DNA of 63,847 nucleotides, counting the filler. It is 5 parts of 5 records of this genome, joined end to end, with 100 filler letters (N's around TTAATTAATTAA, not from the genome) between each part and the next. Parts side by side here need not be neighbours in the genome. Positions count along the whole stretch, not along the records: positions 1 to 16,951 come from SRR22947725_6373; positions 17,052 to 28,297 come from SRR22947725_6380; 3 more parts are not named here. One strand, given 5' to 3'. The notes under the pieces were generated by a model that did no database searches, had not been told where the DNA came from, and saw only the letters and a list, made by a program, of their open reading frames with translations. A program made the position numbers and the translations under genes. Each line of letters opens with the position of its first letter. Within the stretch, counting starts at the first letter, position 1. Below, in pieces: positions 9,783 through 20,772 of the stretch.

Positions 9783-12700
9783 ATGCTTTACATCCCTGGT
9801 CAGAAGGCGCTTTCCGCATTTCGAATCGAAAAGCTCCAAACAAAAATCCAAGCGGCCGGATTATCCTGCGTCCTCGAGGAGACCCAGTATGAATACTTTT
9901 TGGAAACCTCAAGCGATCTGACGAGTGAGATGCAGGCGCAACTTAAGGTTCTGCTGAATGCCGGAGCTGAGCCAAACCCGCGCTTAACCCGATTTGAGTT
10001 ATTTGTTGTGCCTCGGCTTGGAACCCTGTCGCCCTGGCGATCAAAAGCGACTGAAATTGCGGACATTTGTGGGCTCACAGGGGTCCAGCACTTAGAGCGC
10101 GGGATCCGTTATGCGTTCTCGATCGAGGGCGATGCCCCGGTCTCAAGGGCAGATCAAGAAACCCTTGCAGCACTGCTCTTTGATCCCATGACCGAGTCCG
10201 TCTTAACCGAACGTTCCGCAGCCCAGCCGTTATTTGAGCGAATTCCGCCGCAGCCGGGTAAGGCGATTGCCCTGTTAGAAACCGGTGTTGGCGCCATTGA
10301 GCGCGCCAATGTGGACTTAGGTCTGGCGCTGGCTGAGGATGAGATCGACTACCTAAAAGCCGCCTTTGAAAACCTGGCTCGGAATCCAACCGACGTTGAA
10401 TTGATGATGTTTGCCCAGGCAAATTCAGAACACTGCCGCCATAAAATCTTTAAAGCCGATTGGACGGTAGAGGGTGTGGCGCGCGCGCACAGTCTGATGG
10501 ATATGATCCAGAATACCTATGATAAAAGTGCGGGCCGGGGTGTCTTAAGCGCTTACAGTGACAATGCTTCGGTGATTGAGGGGTCGGTTTCCGACCGATT
10601 TTATCCGGATCCGGAAACCGGCATTTTTGGGTATTGCACTGAACAAACACCGATTTTGATGAAGGTTGAAACCCACAATCATCCAACGGCGATTGCGCCG
10701 TTCCCCGGTGCCGCGACCGGGGCGGGTGGGGAAATTCGGGACGAAGGGGCTGTGGGCCGTGGTTCAAAACCCAAGGCGGGTTTGATTGGCTTTACGGTCT
10801 CTAATTTAAGAATCCCCAATGCCCCTGCGCCTTGGGAGACAGACTTTGGCCTGCCTGCGCGAATCGCGTCGCCCTTGTCGATTATGCTGGAGGGCCCAAT
10901 CGGGGGCGCGGCGTTTAATAACGAGTTTGGACGCCCGAATCTGGCGGGCTATTTTCGATCCTTTGAAATGACCTTGGCGGGCGAGCGGTGGGGCTACCAT
11001 AAGCCGATTATGATCGCGGGCGGAATGGGTAATATTCGACCGGATCACGTCGATAAGGGTGCCATTGTGCCGGGAGACGCATTGGTGGTTTTGGGTGGCC
11101 CGGCGATGTTAATTGGTTTGGGTGGTGGCGCGGCCTCCTCGATTGCAACCGGTACGGGTGATGCGGATCTGGATTTTGCGAGTGTTCAGCGGGGTAATCC
11201 TGAAATCGAGCACCGGTGTCAGGAGGTGATTGACCGCTGCTGGCAGCTCGGGCCTAACAATCCGATTCGATTTATTCATGACGTGGGTGCGGGTGGTTTA
11301 TCGAACGCGCTGCCCGAGCTGGTTAAAGATGGCGGGTGTGGCGGCGCGTTCGATTTGCGCGCGATTCCGAGTGCTGAGTCGAAGTTGTCGCCGCTAGAGC
11401 TCTGGTGTAACGAAGCGCAGGAGCGATATGTCCTGGCGATCGGCCCCGAGCAGCTCGAACAGTTCCTGTTTTTGTGCGAGCGGGAACGCTGTCCGGTTGC
11501 GGTTGTCGGGCGGGCGATCAAGGCGCCGCATTTGACCGTTAAGGATCCCTTGTTTGAGGATCAACCGGTTGATTTGCCCATGTCGGTGTTGTTTGGCAAG
11601 CCGCCAAAGTTGCATAAACAGGCAACAAAAATAAAGCGCGAGGCCCCAAGGCAGCCGCTCACCGCGACGCTCGACGACGCCGTTCAGCGGGTATTGACCC
11701 ACCCGAGTGTCGGCAATAAAAGTTTTTTAATCACCATTGGGGATCGCAGTGTTGGCGGTTTGGTCGCTCGGGATCAGATGGTGGGGCCGTGGCAAATACC
11801 GGTTTCGGATGTGGCGGTCACGGCGGCGGGCTTTAAGGATTGTGTGGGTGAAGCGATGGCGATCGGTGAGCGAACGCCGCTGGCTGTCTTCAATGGTCCC
11901 GCATCGGGTCGGATGGCCGTGGCCGAGGCGTTAACCAATTTGTCATCGGCAAATATCGGCGCTTTGAGTCAAGTGAAGTTGTCGGCTAACTGGATGGCCG
12001 CCAGTGGTCATGCCGGCGAGGATGCCAGTCTTTATGAGACCGTTGAGGCGGTGGGAATGCAAATGTGTCCTGCGCTTGGGATCTGCATTCCCGTGGGTAA
12101 AGACTCAATGTCGATGCAAACCAAATGGCGTCAAAACGACGAGGACAAACAGGTCACCTCGCCCGTGTCTTTGATTATTTCCGCGTTTGCACCGGTCATA
12201 GACATTGCTCACACCTTTACGCCTGAGCTCTCAAAGCGGCCTAGCCGTTTAATCCTTTTAGAATTACCAGGCGGACACCGGCGGCTTGGCGGCGCGATTA
12301 TCCAGCAATGTTTTTCACAGATGGATGCCGATGTGCCGGATGCAACCGACTTCTCAAGTCTCAAGGCTTTGTGGGCGGTGCTTCAAGATCCAGCCCTGCG
12401 TGCCACGATCCTTGCGATGCACGATCGCTCCGATGGTGGGCTATTCACTACATTGGTTGAGATGGCCTTTGCAGGACATTGTGGTTTAACCCTTGATATA
12501 CCGAAGAACGAGCCCTTACTCCCGTTTCTGTTCAATGAAGAGGTCGGTGTTGTGCTTCAAATTGAATCTGAGAGCCTTAATTTTTGGTCTGAAAACATGC
12601 TTGCTCGAGGCCTGTGCATGCTCGACCTGGGGGCGCCGCAACCGGACCAGCAGGTCCAGATTTTCCAAGATTCGCAACCAGTCGCGTGCTATGCGCGGGG

Positions 12701-13649
12701 CGCGCTCGCTCAGCGGTGGTCGACGGTCAGCTATCAGCTGCAGAGCCTTCGGGATCACCCCGAGTGTGTTGAGGAGGCGTTCTCTGTGCTTGCGGATGAC
12801 GCAGACCCCGGACTGAGTATGACGGTGCCAGCTAGCGTGACGGCCGCGTTGTTAGCGCCGATGGTTAACGTGGGCGTAAAACCCAAGGTTGCTATATTGC
12901 GCGAGCAGGGCGTTAACAGTCAGGTGGAAATGGCGGCCGCGTTCACGGCAGCAGGCTTTGAAGCTGTTGATGTTCATATGAGTGATCTGATTAGCGCGCG
13001 CCGATCTTTGGATGGCTTTCAGGCGCTCGCCGCGTGCGGCGGATTCTCCTATGGCGATGTTTTAGGGGCTGGGTCTGGTTGGGCCAAAAGTATCTTGATG
13101 AATGCAGGCATCGCGGATCAGTTCGAGGCTTTTTTTCATCGTCCGGATACGTTGGCACTGGGCGTCTGTAATGGGTGTCAAATGCTGTCTCAACTGACGG
13201 ATCTGATTCCTGGCGCTGAACATTGGCCTCGGTTTGTCAGAAATCGCTCAGAGCAGTTTGAAGCCCGGTTTTCGATGGTTGAAGTGATGCCCAGTCACAG
13301 CGTGTTGCTAAAAGCGTTAGAAGGCGCTTATTTACCGATTGTGGTCTCACACGGGGAAGGGCGGGCGGCCCTGTCGGACGCAGCGGCGCAACAGCTCGCT
13401 GTCAATCAACAAATTGCGATGCGATTTGTTGGTAATGATGGCGCGCCGACGCAGCGTTATCCGGCGAATCCGAATGGTTCGCCCGGCGGCTTAACGGCGG
13501 TTGCGTCCTTGGATGGCCGAGTTACGGCCATGATGCCGCATCCAGAGCGATCCTTCCGCGGCGCTCAATGGTCTTGGCAACCGCAAGGCTTGGGTGATTT
13601 GAGTCCTTGGGCGATGATGTTTAAATCAGCTGTGGCCTGGTTGCGCTAA
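9783..13649 (+). CDS. purL: Phosphoribosylformylglycinamidine synthase (large fused type)
   Basis: 1288 aa; [40 protein letters not shown]. Confidence 0.98.
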   Translation: MLYIPGQKALSAFRIEKLQTKIQAAGLSCVLEETQYEYFLETSSDLTSEMQAQLKVLLNAGAEPNPRLTRFELFVVPRLGTLSPWRSKATEIADICGLTGVQHLERGIRYAFSIEGDAPVSRADQETLAALLFDPMTESVLTERSAAQPLFERIPPQPGKAIALLETGVGAIERANVDLGLALAEDEIDYLKAAFENLARNPTDVELMMFAQANSEHCRHKIFKADWTVEGVARAHSLMDMIQNTYDKSAGRGVLSAYSDNASVIEGSVSDRFYPDPETGIFGYCTEQTPILMKVETHNHPTAIAPFPGAATGAGGEIRDEGAVGRGSKPKAGLIGFTVSNLRIPNAPAPWETDFGLPARIASPLSIMLEGPIGGAAFNNEFGRPNLAGYFRSFEMTLAGERWGYHKPIMIAGGMGNIRPDHVDKGAIVPGDALVVLGGPAMLIGLGGGAASSIATGTGDADLDFASVQRGNPEIEHRCQEVIDRCWQLGPNNPIRFIHDVGAGGLSNALPELVKDGGCGGAFDLRAIPSAESKLSPLELWCNEAQERYVLAIGPEQLEQFLFLCERERCPVAVVGRAIKAPHLTVKDPLFEDQPVDLPMSVLFGKPPKLHKQATKIKREAPRQPLTATLDDAVQRVLTHPSVGNKSFLITIGDRSVGGLVARDQMVGPWQIPVSDVAVTAAGFKDCVGEAMAIGERTPLAVFNGPASGRMAVAEALTNLSSANIGALSQVKLSANWMAASGHAGEDASLYETVEAVGMQMCPALGICIPVGKDSMSMQTKWRQNDEDKQVTSPVSLIISAFAPVIDIAHTFTPELSKRPSRLILLELPGGHRRLGGAIIQQCFSQMDADVPDATDFSSLKALWAVLQDPALRATILAMHDRSDGGLFTTLVEMAFAGHCGLTLDIPKNEPLLPFLFNEEVGVVLQIESESLNFWSENMLARGLCMLDLGAPQPDQQVQIFQDSQPVACYARGALAQRWSTVSYQLQSLRDHPECVEEAFSVLADDADPGLSMTVPASVTAALLAPMVNVGVKPKVAILREQGVNSQVEMAAAFTAAGFEAVDVHMSDLISARRSLDGFQALAACGGFSYGDVLGAGSGWAKSILMNAGIADQFEAFFHRPDTLALGVCNGCQMLSQLTDLIPGAEHWPRFVRNRSEQFEARFSMVEVMPSHSVLLKALEGAYLPIVVSHGEGRAALSDAAAQQLAVNQQIAMRFVGNDGAPTQRYPANPNGSPGGLTAVASLDGRVTAMMPHPERSFRGAQWSWQPQGLGDLSPWAMMFKSAVAWLR

Positions 13650-14191
13650 GCCGTGTTTGGCCGTGGGTCGATGGTGGCTTCTCGAGTGATGAAAACGCCT
13701 TGACGTTGATCTGAAAAGAAATGCTCAAGGGTTTGCGTGATGGCCGCAAATGAGAGTTCAGACCAGGGGATATCGGCTTCTGCGAAGAGTTTTGTCTCAA
13801 GACTTTCGATGCCGGAGAAAAAATCAAGATCCAGGAGCCTTGCTTTATAAAACACATACACCTGAGAAATGTGCGGCAGGCTGAAAATCGTATAAAGCGT
13901 ATCGATCTCAACGCGGGCGTTGGCCTCTTCCAGGGTTTCTCGCAGGGCGCCCTGTGAGATAGACTCTCCGTTTTCAAGAAACCCGGCGGGTAGCGTCCAT
14001 TTCCCATAGCGCGGTTCGATCGCGCGTCTGCACAACAGGACCTGATCTTTATACACCGGAATGCATCCCGCGATGATTCTAGGATTTTGATAATGGATAA
14101 CATCACAATGCCCGCAGACAAAGCGTTGCCGCGTATCGCCGTCGGGAATTCTCAGAGCGACAGTGCCGCCGCATTGGCTACAATATTTCAT
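13646..14191 (-). CDS. NUDIX hydrolase with N-terminal Zn ribbon
   Basis: Start MKYCSQCG at 14191; CxxC pairs, [26 protein letters not shown] Nudix box. Confidence 0.85.
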   Translation of the reverse strand: MKYCSQCGGTVALRIPDGDTRQRFVCGHCDVIHYQNPRIIAGCIPVYKDQVLLCRRAIEPRYGKWTLPAGFLENGESISQGALRETLEEANARVEIDTLYTIFSLPHISQVYVFYKARLLDLDFFSGIESLETKLFAEADIPWSELSFAAITQTLEHFFSDQRQGVFITREATIDPRPNTA

Positions 14192-14244
14192 GGGGCAATG
14201 ATAAAGGTTTGTGCTCGGGCTGCACAGCGATCCGGAGCACTTTG

Positions 14245-14814
14245 ATGAAGGTGTTGCGATCAAGGCTTGCCGCGCTGCGCCTTAGCCCGCGCCCAGACGC
14301 GTATCTTGCCCGAGCGGACGCGGCCGTTATGGTCCTGATTCGGTTGGGTTTGACGCCCACGCTCGTGCTCACAGTTCGAGCAAGCGCCCTGTCCTCGCAC
14401 GCCGGTGAAGTGGCCCTTCCAGGTGGTAAACGGGACTTAAACGATGCGGACCTTGCTGCGACGGCCCGACGAGAAACGGTGGAAGAGTTGGGCGTTGCGA
14501 TGGATCAGATTGAGTTGATTGGCGAATTGCCTGGACTCATCTCGAAACATGGTCTTTGGGTGACCCCCTTTGTTGGGATGATGCCTGAAACGGTTGTTTT
14601 GAAGCCGAATCTAGATGAAGTCAGCGACGTTTTTGAGGTGCCTTTATCCTGGCTGGAAAAAGACGTAAGAGTAGCCACCGAGCGTTTGGCGCGACAAGGT
14701 GTGATTCAAATGGCACCGATCTATGAGTTTGATGGTTACCGAATTTGGGGCTTAACGGCGCTGATCTTGTTGGATTTTCTAACCCTTGCATTAAGGCCGG
14801 TGGATGGCGCGTAA
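14245..14814 (+). CDS. CoA pyrophosphatase (NudL-type Nudix hydrolase)
   Basis: LTVRAS.LSSHAGEVALPGG (NuCoA motif), ATARRETVEELG, IWGLTA. Confidence 0.85.
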   Translation: MKVLRSRLAALRLSPRPDAYLARADAAVMVLIRLGLTPTLVLTVRASALSSHAGEVALPGGKRDLNDADLAATARRETVEELGVAMDQIELIGELPGLISKHGLWVTPFVGMMPETVVLKPNLDEVSDVFEVPLSWLEKDVRVATERLARQGVIQMAPIYEFDGYRIWGLTALILLDFLTLALRPVDGA

Positions 14815-14850
14815 TGTGTGATGACCCCATCGATTATTAAAGGAGTACTG

Positions 14851-15369
14851 ATGATTTATAAATTGGATGATTTGAGTCCCGACGTTCATGCTGACACTTG
14901 GGTTGCTGAAAGTGCCGCTGTGATTGGACAGGTTGTTTTGGCCGCTGGGGTGAGCGTTTGGTTTAACGCGGTTTTAAGGGCAGAAAATGCGGCCATTCAT
15001 ATTGGTGAAGACTCGAATATACAAGATGGCTCGGTCTTGCATGTGGACCCAGGGATGCCCTTAACGATCGGCAAACGGGTGACCATTGGCCATAAGGTGA
15101 TGCTCCACGGCTGTACCATTGGCGATGAGTCGCTGATTGGGATTAACGCGGTGGTTTTGAACGGTGCCAAAATTGGTAAAAATTGTCTGATTGGTGCGAA
15201 TACGTTGATTCCGGAGGGCAAAGAAATCCCCGATGGCTCGCTGGTCATGGGCTCGCCCGGTAAAATCGTTCGGTCCTTAACGCCGGAGCAGATGCAGGGA
15301 TTAAAGCTCAGCGCTCAGCATTACGTGGATAATTCTCGGCGGTATAAGCTGGGTTTGATCGCCGTGTAA
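14851..15369 (+). CDS. Gamma carbonic anhydrase family protein (YrdA/CaiE-like)
   Basis: Hexapeptide repeats, [26 protein letters not shown] before ATG 14851. Confidence 0.9.
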   Translation: MIYKLDDLSPDVHADTWVAESAAVIGQVVLAAGVSVWFNAVLRAENAAIHIGEDSNIQDGSVLHVDPGMPLTIGKRVTIGHKVMLHGCTIGDESLIGINAVVLNGAKIGKNCLIGANTLIPEGKEIPDGSLVMGSPGKIVRSLTPEQMQGLKLSAQHYVDNSRRYKLGLIAV

Positions 15370-15453
15370 AATGGCGCTAAGGGTTGGCATCATGCTCGCT
15401 CGGGGTTATATTGCTGTTTTAGATTGTCTGTCTTCATAGGTTTACTTGGCACA

Positions 15454-15549
15454 ATGATGCAAAAGCTCGCCATCAACAAAAACCTGCTGCGCGGTCCTGC
15501 GCCCCTTCTGCTGTGCGGTTTACTGGGTCTGCTACGACTGCCGTTGTAG
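15454..15549 (+). CDS. Leucine-rich leader peptide upstream of leuA
   Basis: Manual translation MMQKLAINKNLLRGPAPLLLCGLLGLLRLPL* (12 Leu of 31 aa, including CTA/TTA/TTG codons), stop 82 nt before the leuA ATG. Confidence 0.8.
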   Translation: MMQKLAINKNLLRGPAPLLLCGLLGLLRLPL

Positions 15550-15617
15550 GCGGCCAGTACCAATTCCTACATCGTTTGAAATCTATCGGCTGCATCAGCC
15601 GACCAATACCAATAGAT
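15521..15617 (+). promoter_or_regulatory. Putative leu attenuator: alternative RNA pairings
   Basis: TACTGG/CCAGTA and CTACGAC/GTTGTAG stems compete with TGTAGG/CCTACA; downstream hairpin TCGGCTG-CAT-CAGCCGA with alternative outer ATCTAT/ATAGAT pairing; no U-tract. Confidence 0.55.
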
Positions 15618-15631
15618 CGAGATCAAACACT

Positions 15632-16951
15632 ATGAGTTCTAATACCAATCAATTTCCAAAATTGGCGGACCAGAAGGTCATGCCATATCAAAAATACAAA
15701 CCGTTTAAGGCCATTGGGCTGAAGGACCGCACCTGGCCTGATCAGGTTATCGAGCGTGCCCCGAGATGGTGTAGTGTGGATCTGCGGGATGGCAATCAAG
15801 CCCTGATTGAGCCGATGACGCCGACCGAAAAGCAAGCGATGTACGACCTGCTTTTGGGCATCGGCTTTAAGGAGATTGAAGTTGGCTTTCCGGCGGCGTC
15901 TCAAACCGATTTCGATTTTGTTCGCAAAATCATTGATGAGGGTTTGATTCCTGATGATGTGACCATTCAGGTTTTGTGTCAGGCGAGAGAAGACTTGATC
16001 ACGCGCACCATCGAGGCGGTGTCCGGCGCCCGGCGCGTTATCTTTCACTTATACAATTCAACCTCTACGCTCCAAAGACGGGTTGTCTTTGGTATGAGTC
16101 AACCTGAAATTATTGGTCTTGCGACGCGTGCGACCGAGCTCGTTAAACGGTACACGCAGCCCCTAGTAGATGCGGGAACCGATGTGGTGCTCGAATATTC
16201 TCCTGAAAGTTATACCGCGACCGAAATGGATTTTGCGGTTGAGATTTGTGCGGCGGTCATGGCGGCTTGGGGCCCAACGCCGGATAAAAAGATAATTTTG
16301 AATCTGCCAGCGACCGTTGAGATGGCGACGCCTAATATCTACGCGGATCAGCTCGAGTATTTTATGCGCGCCCTGCCCAATCGTGATGCCGCCGTGATTA
16401 GCTTACATACCCATAATGATCGGGGAACTGGTGTTGCGGCCTCTGAGCTCGGGTTAATGGCTGGGGCCGACCGAATCGAGGGAACCTTGTTTGGTAATGG
16501 TGAGCGGACCGGCAATTGCGACCTTATCACGATGGCTATGAATCTTTTTTCACAGGGGGTTGATCCGGAGTTGTATTTGACTGACATGGCGCGGATCGTC
16601 GCGGTCTCTGAAGCCTGTACCAAGATTCCGGTTCATGTTCGCCAACCCTACGCCGGTGAATTAGTGTTTACGGCGTTTTCGGGCTCGCATCAAGATGCGA
16701 TCCGAAAGGGGATGAACCATGTTGAGTCGGGCTCAGATGAAGCCTGGGAAGTCCCTTATTTGCCGATTGACCCAGCTGATGTTGGTGGCTCTTATCGTGA
16801 AACGGTTCGGGTCAATAGTCAGTCAGGAAAGGGCGGTGTTGCCTTTATTTTGGAGAATTACTTCGATGTGCACCTGCCGCGGGAGCTATTGCTTGAGCTC
16901 AGTCCGCTGGTTCAGAAGGAGTCTGAGGCCGATGGCGGTGAACTCAAGCCT
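15632..16951 (+). CDS. leuA: 2-isopropylmalate synthase (yeast/actinobacterial-type LeuA), truncated by contig end
   Basis: RTWPD, WCSVDLRDGNQAL, LNLPATVE, SLHTHNDRG, GNGERTGN, FSGSHQDAI, VNSQSGKGG. Confidence 0.96.
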
Positions 16952-17051
16952 NNNNNNNNNNNNNNNNNNNNNNNNNNNNNNNNNNNNNNNNNNNNTTAAT
17001 TAATTAANNNNNNNNNNNNNNNNNNNNNNNNNNNNNNNNNNNNNNNNNNNN
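16952..17051. other. Artificial contig linker
   Basis: 44 N + TTAATTAATTAA (stops in all six frames) + 44 N. Confidence 0.98.
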
Positions 17052-17130
17052 TGAATCGATCAGCCAGTGCGTAAGCAAGCGCTGACTTACCCGAGGCAGT
17101 CGGCCCAGTGATCACTAGGGCTTGGGTCAA
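17052..17130 (-). CDS. miaA: tRNA dimethylallyltransferase, N-terminal fragment cut by contig end
   Basis: TTG 17130 gives MTQALVITGPTASGKSALAYALADRF (GPTASGK P-loop), immediately after mutL as in the canonical operon. Confidence 0.85.
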
Positions 17131-17132
17131 GC

Positions 17133-18947
17133 TTATTGACCTCTCATAAATAAGCTGTCCAGCTCAGAAAGCGTCAGCTGAAACCAAGTCGGGCGGCCAT
17201 GATTGCACTGCCCACTACGCTCGGTCTCTTCCATATCCCGCAACAACGCATTCATCTCTGGGAGAGACAGTTTCCGATTGGCGCGCACAGAGCCATGACA
17301 AGCCATCGTCGACAATATTTCGTCCCGGCCATCATTAATTCGATTGCTGGAACCAAATTCGAGGAAATCCGATAACACATCGCGCACCAACTGCTCTGGA
17401 TTGTCTCGGCTCAGCATGGACGGAACCCCACGAATGATCACGCTCTCCTCAGAGACAACCTCAAGCTGGAGCCCAATTTCAGTCAGTTCATTAGAACGAT
17501 CCGTGATCAATGCCACTTCGCGGGCACTCAGTGCGAGGCTAACCGGGACGAGTAGGGGCTGGGTTTTAAGGCCATCTGCATCCATCGCCCGCTTTAAACG
17601 CTCATAGGTAATCCGTTCATGAGCCGCATGCATGTCAACTGCAACCAAGCCGTTAACATTTTGAGCGAGGATATACACCCCGTGTAATTGGCCGAGGGCA
17701 TAGCCCAAAGGCGGAATCAACGCGCCATCGTCTTGACCCGCATCCAACCCAACGGTTGATCCGGTCCAGTTGCTCGGCATCTGACTGGGCGACTGGGACA
17801 AGCCAAAGAATCCCGTGGACTGATTCTGACGATTGGTGAAGGCCATATTGCGCTGCACATAACTCGGATCAAACGATCCGAGCAGAGGTTGCTCGCCGTC
17901 AAAGCCGGCCTCCAGCACTTGATTGGGTCCGCTCTGGCCTTCTGGCCGCACGGAGGCCAAGACCTGGTGAATCGTCCGATAAATCAAATCGTGAACGCCA
18001 CGGCTCTCGCGAAAGCGAACTTCATGCTTGGTTGGGTGGACATTCACATCGACCAAATTCGGATCCAGATTCAAAAATATGGCATACACTGGATGCCTGC
18101 CATGAAAGAGCACGTCCTTATATCCCTGCCGCACCGCGTGACTGCAGACCTTGTCACGAATGCAGCGATCATTCACAAAAAAATACTGCTGGTCGGCTTG
18201 GCTTCGGGAATACGTAGGGAGCGAAATCCAGCCCTTTAGCTGCATCGACCCAATCTGCTCTTCAAAATACAGCGCTTGATCTAAAAAACTCTGCCCAAAA
18301 ACCGCTTTAATACGATGGTGTTGATCCTCGATGGCTCTTGCGGCCTGAAATTGACGATAAACCTTTCCATTGTGCGTCACCATGATCGCAACTGCCGGAT
18401 GGCTTAACGTCATTTTTCGAATCACATCGTCAATTCGACCGAGTTCGGTTTTTTCCGCTCTCAGAAACTTTCTCCGGGCAGGCGTGTTGAAAAATAAATC
18501 CCTAACTTCAACCGTCGTCCCTTGGGAATGCGGCGCGGGGATGACCTCAGAGGTCATATCTTCGCCGTGAACTTGCACTGAATACCCTGACTTTTCAGCG
18601 GTTGCATTCGAGGTCATTACCAACTTAGAAACCGAGGCGATTGAGGCCAATGCTTCCCCCCGGAAACCCAGCGAGCGAATGCCCTCTAAATCAGACTCTG
18701 TAAAAATCTTAGAGGTTGCATGGCGCGACAGGGCAAGCGCCAAATCGTCCCGCGGAATGCCGCGACCATTATCCCGAACCCGAATGAGCTGGCTGCCACC
18801 GGCTTCAAGCACTAAATCGATTCTTGAGGCGCCGGCATCAATCGCATTTTCAACAAGCTCTTTGACGACCGATGCTGGCCGCTCTACCACTTCCCCGGCG
18901 GCAATCTGATTGGCTAATCGACTGGATAATAGTTGGATTCGATTCAC
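17133..18947 (-). CDS. mutL: DNA mismatch repair endonuclease MutL
   Basis: NQIAAGEVVERP, GFRGEAL, DMHAAHER, ACH, CNHGRP. Confidence 0.98.
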   Translation of the reverse strand: MNRIQLLSSRLANQIAAGEVVERPASVVKELVENAIDAGASRIDLVLEAGGSQLIRVRDNGRGIPRDDLALALSRHATSKIFTESDLEGIRSLGFRGEALASIASVSKLVMTSNATAEKSGYSVQVHGEDMTSEVIPAPHSQGTTVEVRDLFFNTPARRKFLRAEKTELGRIDDVIRKMTLSHPAVAIMVTHNGKVYRQFQAARAIEDQHHRIKAVFGQSFLDQALYFEEQIGSMQLKGWISLPTYSRSQADQQYFFVNDRCIRDKVCSHAVRQGYKDVLFHGRHPVYAIFLNLDPNLVDVNVHPTKHEVRFRESRGVHDLIYRTIHQVLASVRPEGQSGPNQVLEAGFDGEQPLLGSFDPSYVQRNMAFTNRQNQSTGFFGLSQSPSQMPSNWTGSTVGLDAGQDDGALIPPLGYALGQLHGVYILAQNVNGLVAVDMHAAHERITYERLKRAMDADGLKTQPLLVPVSLALSAREVALITDRSNELTEIGLQLEVVSEESVIIRGVPSMLSRDNPEQLVRDVLSDFLEFGSSNRINDGRDEILSTMACHGSVRANRKLSLPEMNALLRDMEETERSGQCNHGRPTWFQLTLSELDSLFMRGQ

Positions 18948-20320
18948 GAGCGCTCCGGAATTTTTAAAACCTGTCCAACCCTAAGACGGTCGGATTTCAG
19001 AGCATTCAAAGACTTCAAAGCGCCTTGAGACACACGATATCGCTGCGCAATCTCAGACAAGGTATCGCCGGATTTTATTTTATAGGCAACCACCCGCTTT
19101 GCTTGCGAGACCTTCTGGGCCAACAGCGTGCCCTCCGGCGGGGTTTTATAAAAATAGGTCGAAACACCCTTGAATATTGCACCAGCCATTCTCTTCTGAT
19201 GGGCCACGGTCCGTAATTTTTTAGCCTCGCCTGGGTTTGAGATAAACCCAGTTTCAACCAGGATAGACGGGATGTCAGGTGACTTCAGAACGATGAAGGA
19301 CGCTTGCTCAACGTTCGCTTTGTGCAACTTGTTAATCGGCGCGATCGATTTGACGACCTCTGCACCCATTTCTAAACTCGCACTCAAACTCGCCGTCATC
19401 GAGAGATCCAGCAGCACGCCTGCCAGAACATCATCCTTATCGTCCAGACTCACGCTGCCCACGCCGCCAATCAAATCCGCTCGGTTTTCCTTCTCGGCAA
19501 TCCAGCGGGCAGTTTCACTGGTCGCGCCCCGCTGAGAAATCGCAAAGACGGATGCCCCGCTGGCTGAAGCCGTTTTCCAGGCATCCGCATGGATCGAAAT
19601 GAAGACATCGGCTTGATTGTCTCGCGCCAGCTGAGTTCGGGCTCGATGCGCAACATAGTAGTCTCCGCCGCGGGTTAAAACCGCTTTGAAACCCGGTTCC
19701 GCATTGAACCGATCAGCAAGCCGTTTCGCGATTGCCAAAACCACCGTTTTTTCATAAGTGTTACCGGGTCCAATGGCGCCCGGATCATCACCACCGTGAC
19801 CCGGATCAATCGCAACAATAATATCTCTCAGTGGTTGCTCAATTTTTGGTTCGGTCGCGGGGATCGATTGGTCGGTAAGCGCTGGAAACAAATCGATCAC
19901 CAACCGATCATCATATTGGGCAATGGGTTTGAGTAAAAAGCTTCTCGGTTTAACCGACTCAGATAGATCTAAAACAACTCGTAAATCCGCTTGCTTGTCC
20001 GATGAAAACCGGATGTCCGTGACCGCCGTGCCTTTGTAGTCCTTTGATCCAAGCGGTTGCCGGCGTGCTGTTTTGGCTAAAGTCGTCTCTGGCAGATCAA
20101 TCACTAAGCGCAGCGGGTTTTCGAGGACAAACAGCGTGTGGTCTAAGGGTTCGCTAACATCGAACACCAATCGAGTCTTTTCTGGTGAGGCGTGGAGTCT
20201 GATGCTGTTGATCGTCGGGCTCGCCAATGCTGCAGAAGCCAAAAACCACGCCACCATTAAGCCGCAGAATCTTCGAAGGCCCCAGGACCCAAAAGCGCTC
20301 AGGCGTAACTTTACGGTCAT
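18944..20320 (-). CDS. amiB: N-acetylmuramoyl-L-alanine amidase (AMIN + Amidase_3 + LysM)
   Basis: IDPGHGG, FISIHAD, SILVETGFISN, C-terminal YKIKSGDTLSEIA LysM; between tsaE and mutL. Confidence 0.92.
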   Translation of the reverse strand: MTVKLRLSAFGSWGLRRFCGLMVAWFLASAALASPTINSIRLHASPEKTRLVFDVSEPLDHTLFVLENPLRLVIDLPETTLAKTARRQPLGSKDYKGTAVTDIRFSSDKQADLRVVLDLSESVKPRSFLLKPIAQYDDRLVIDLFPALTDQSIPATEPKIEQPLRDIIVAIDPGHGGDDPGAIGPGNTYEKTVVLAIAKRLADRFNAEPGFKAVLTRGGDYYVAHRARTQLARDNQADVFISIHADAWKTASASGASVFAISQRGATSETARWIAEKENRADLIGGVGSVSLDDKDDVLAGVLLDLSMTASLSASLEMGAEVVKSIAPINKLHKANVEQASFIVLKSPDIPSILVETGFISNPGEAKKLRTVAHQKRMAGAIFKGVSTYFYKTPPEGTLLAQKVSQAKRVVAYKIKSGDTLSEIAQRYRVSQGALKSLNALKSDRLRVGQVLKIPERS

Positions 20321-20772
20321 GCCGGCAACCTTGTGAGCGCACGCACTCCTTTATCTGTGCCTGGCTGCACAAACAAGCGGCGGCTGGTATCTCCAACGAC
20401 CCGCATTTCAATCTCCAGATCCGGCTTAGGTAATAGCCCGAGTCCTTTCTCTGGCCATTCAATTAAACACAGCGCTTGGCTTGTAAAATATTCATCAACG
20501 CCCAGATAGTTTAACTCGTCTGGATCACTGAGTCTGTAAAGGTCGAAGTGATAGACCAGGTGCACTGGCAACTCGTAAGGCTCGACCAGCGTAAAGGTCG
20601 GGCTTTTCACCGCCCCGGTATAACCCAGGGCCCGCAACACACCTCGGCAGAGGGTGGTCTTTCCCGCGCCCAGGTCACCCTTTAGAAAAACAATTCCGGA
20701 TCCTTCGAGCACGTCTACCAAGCGCCCACCGAATTGCTCGGTCGCCTTGTCTGAGTTGAGCAGCCAGCTCAT
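20317..20772 (-). CDS. tsaE: t6A biosynthesis ATPase TsaE
   Basis: GDLGAGKT, VKSPTFTLVEPY, HFDLYRL, IEW. Confidence 0.96.
   Translation of the reverse strand: MSWLLNSDKATEQFGGRLVDVLEGSGIVFLKGDLGAGKTTLCRGVLRALGYTGAVKSPTFTLVEPYELPVHLVYHFDLYRLSDPDELNYLGVDEYFTSQALCLIEWPEKGLGLLPKPDLEIEMRVVGDTSRRLFVQPGTDKGVRALTRLPA

Noticed and set aside
16952-17051. TTAATTAATTAA palindrome repeated four times, and ORFs that end in it
   Set aside because: Assembly linker with six-frame stops. ORF ends inside linkers and gene adjacencies across them are artefacts.
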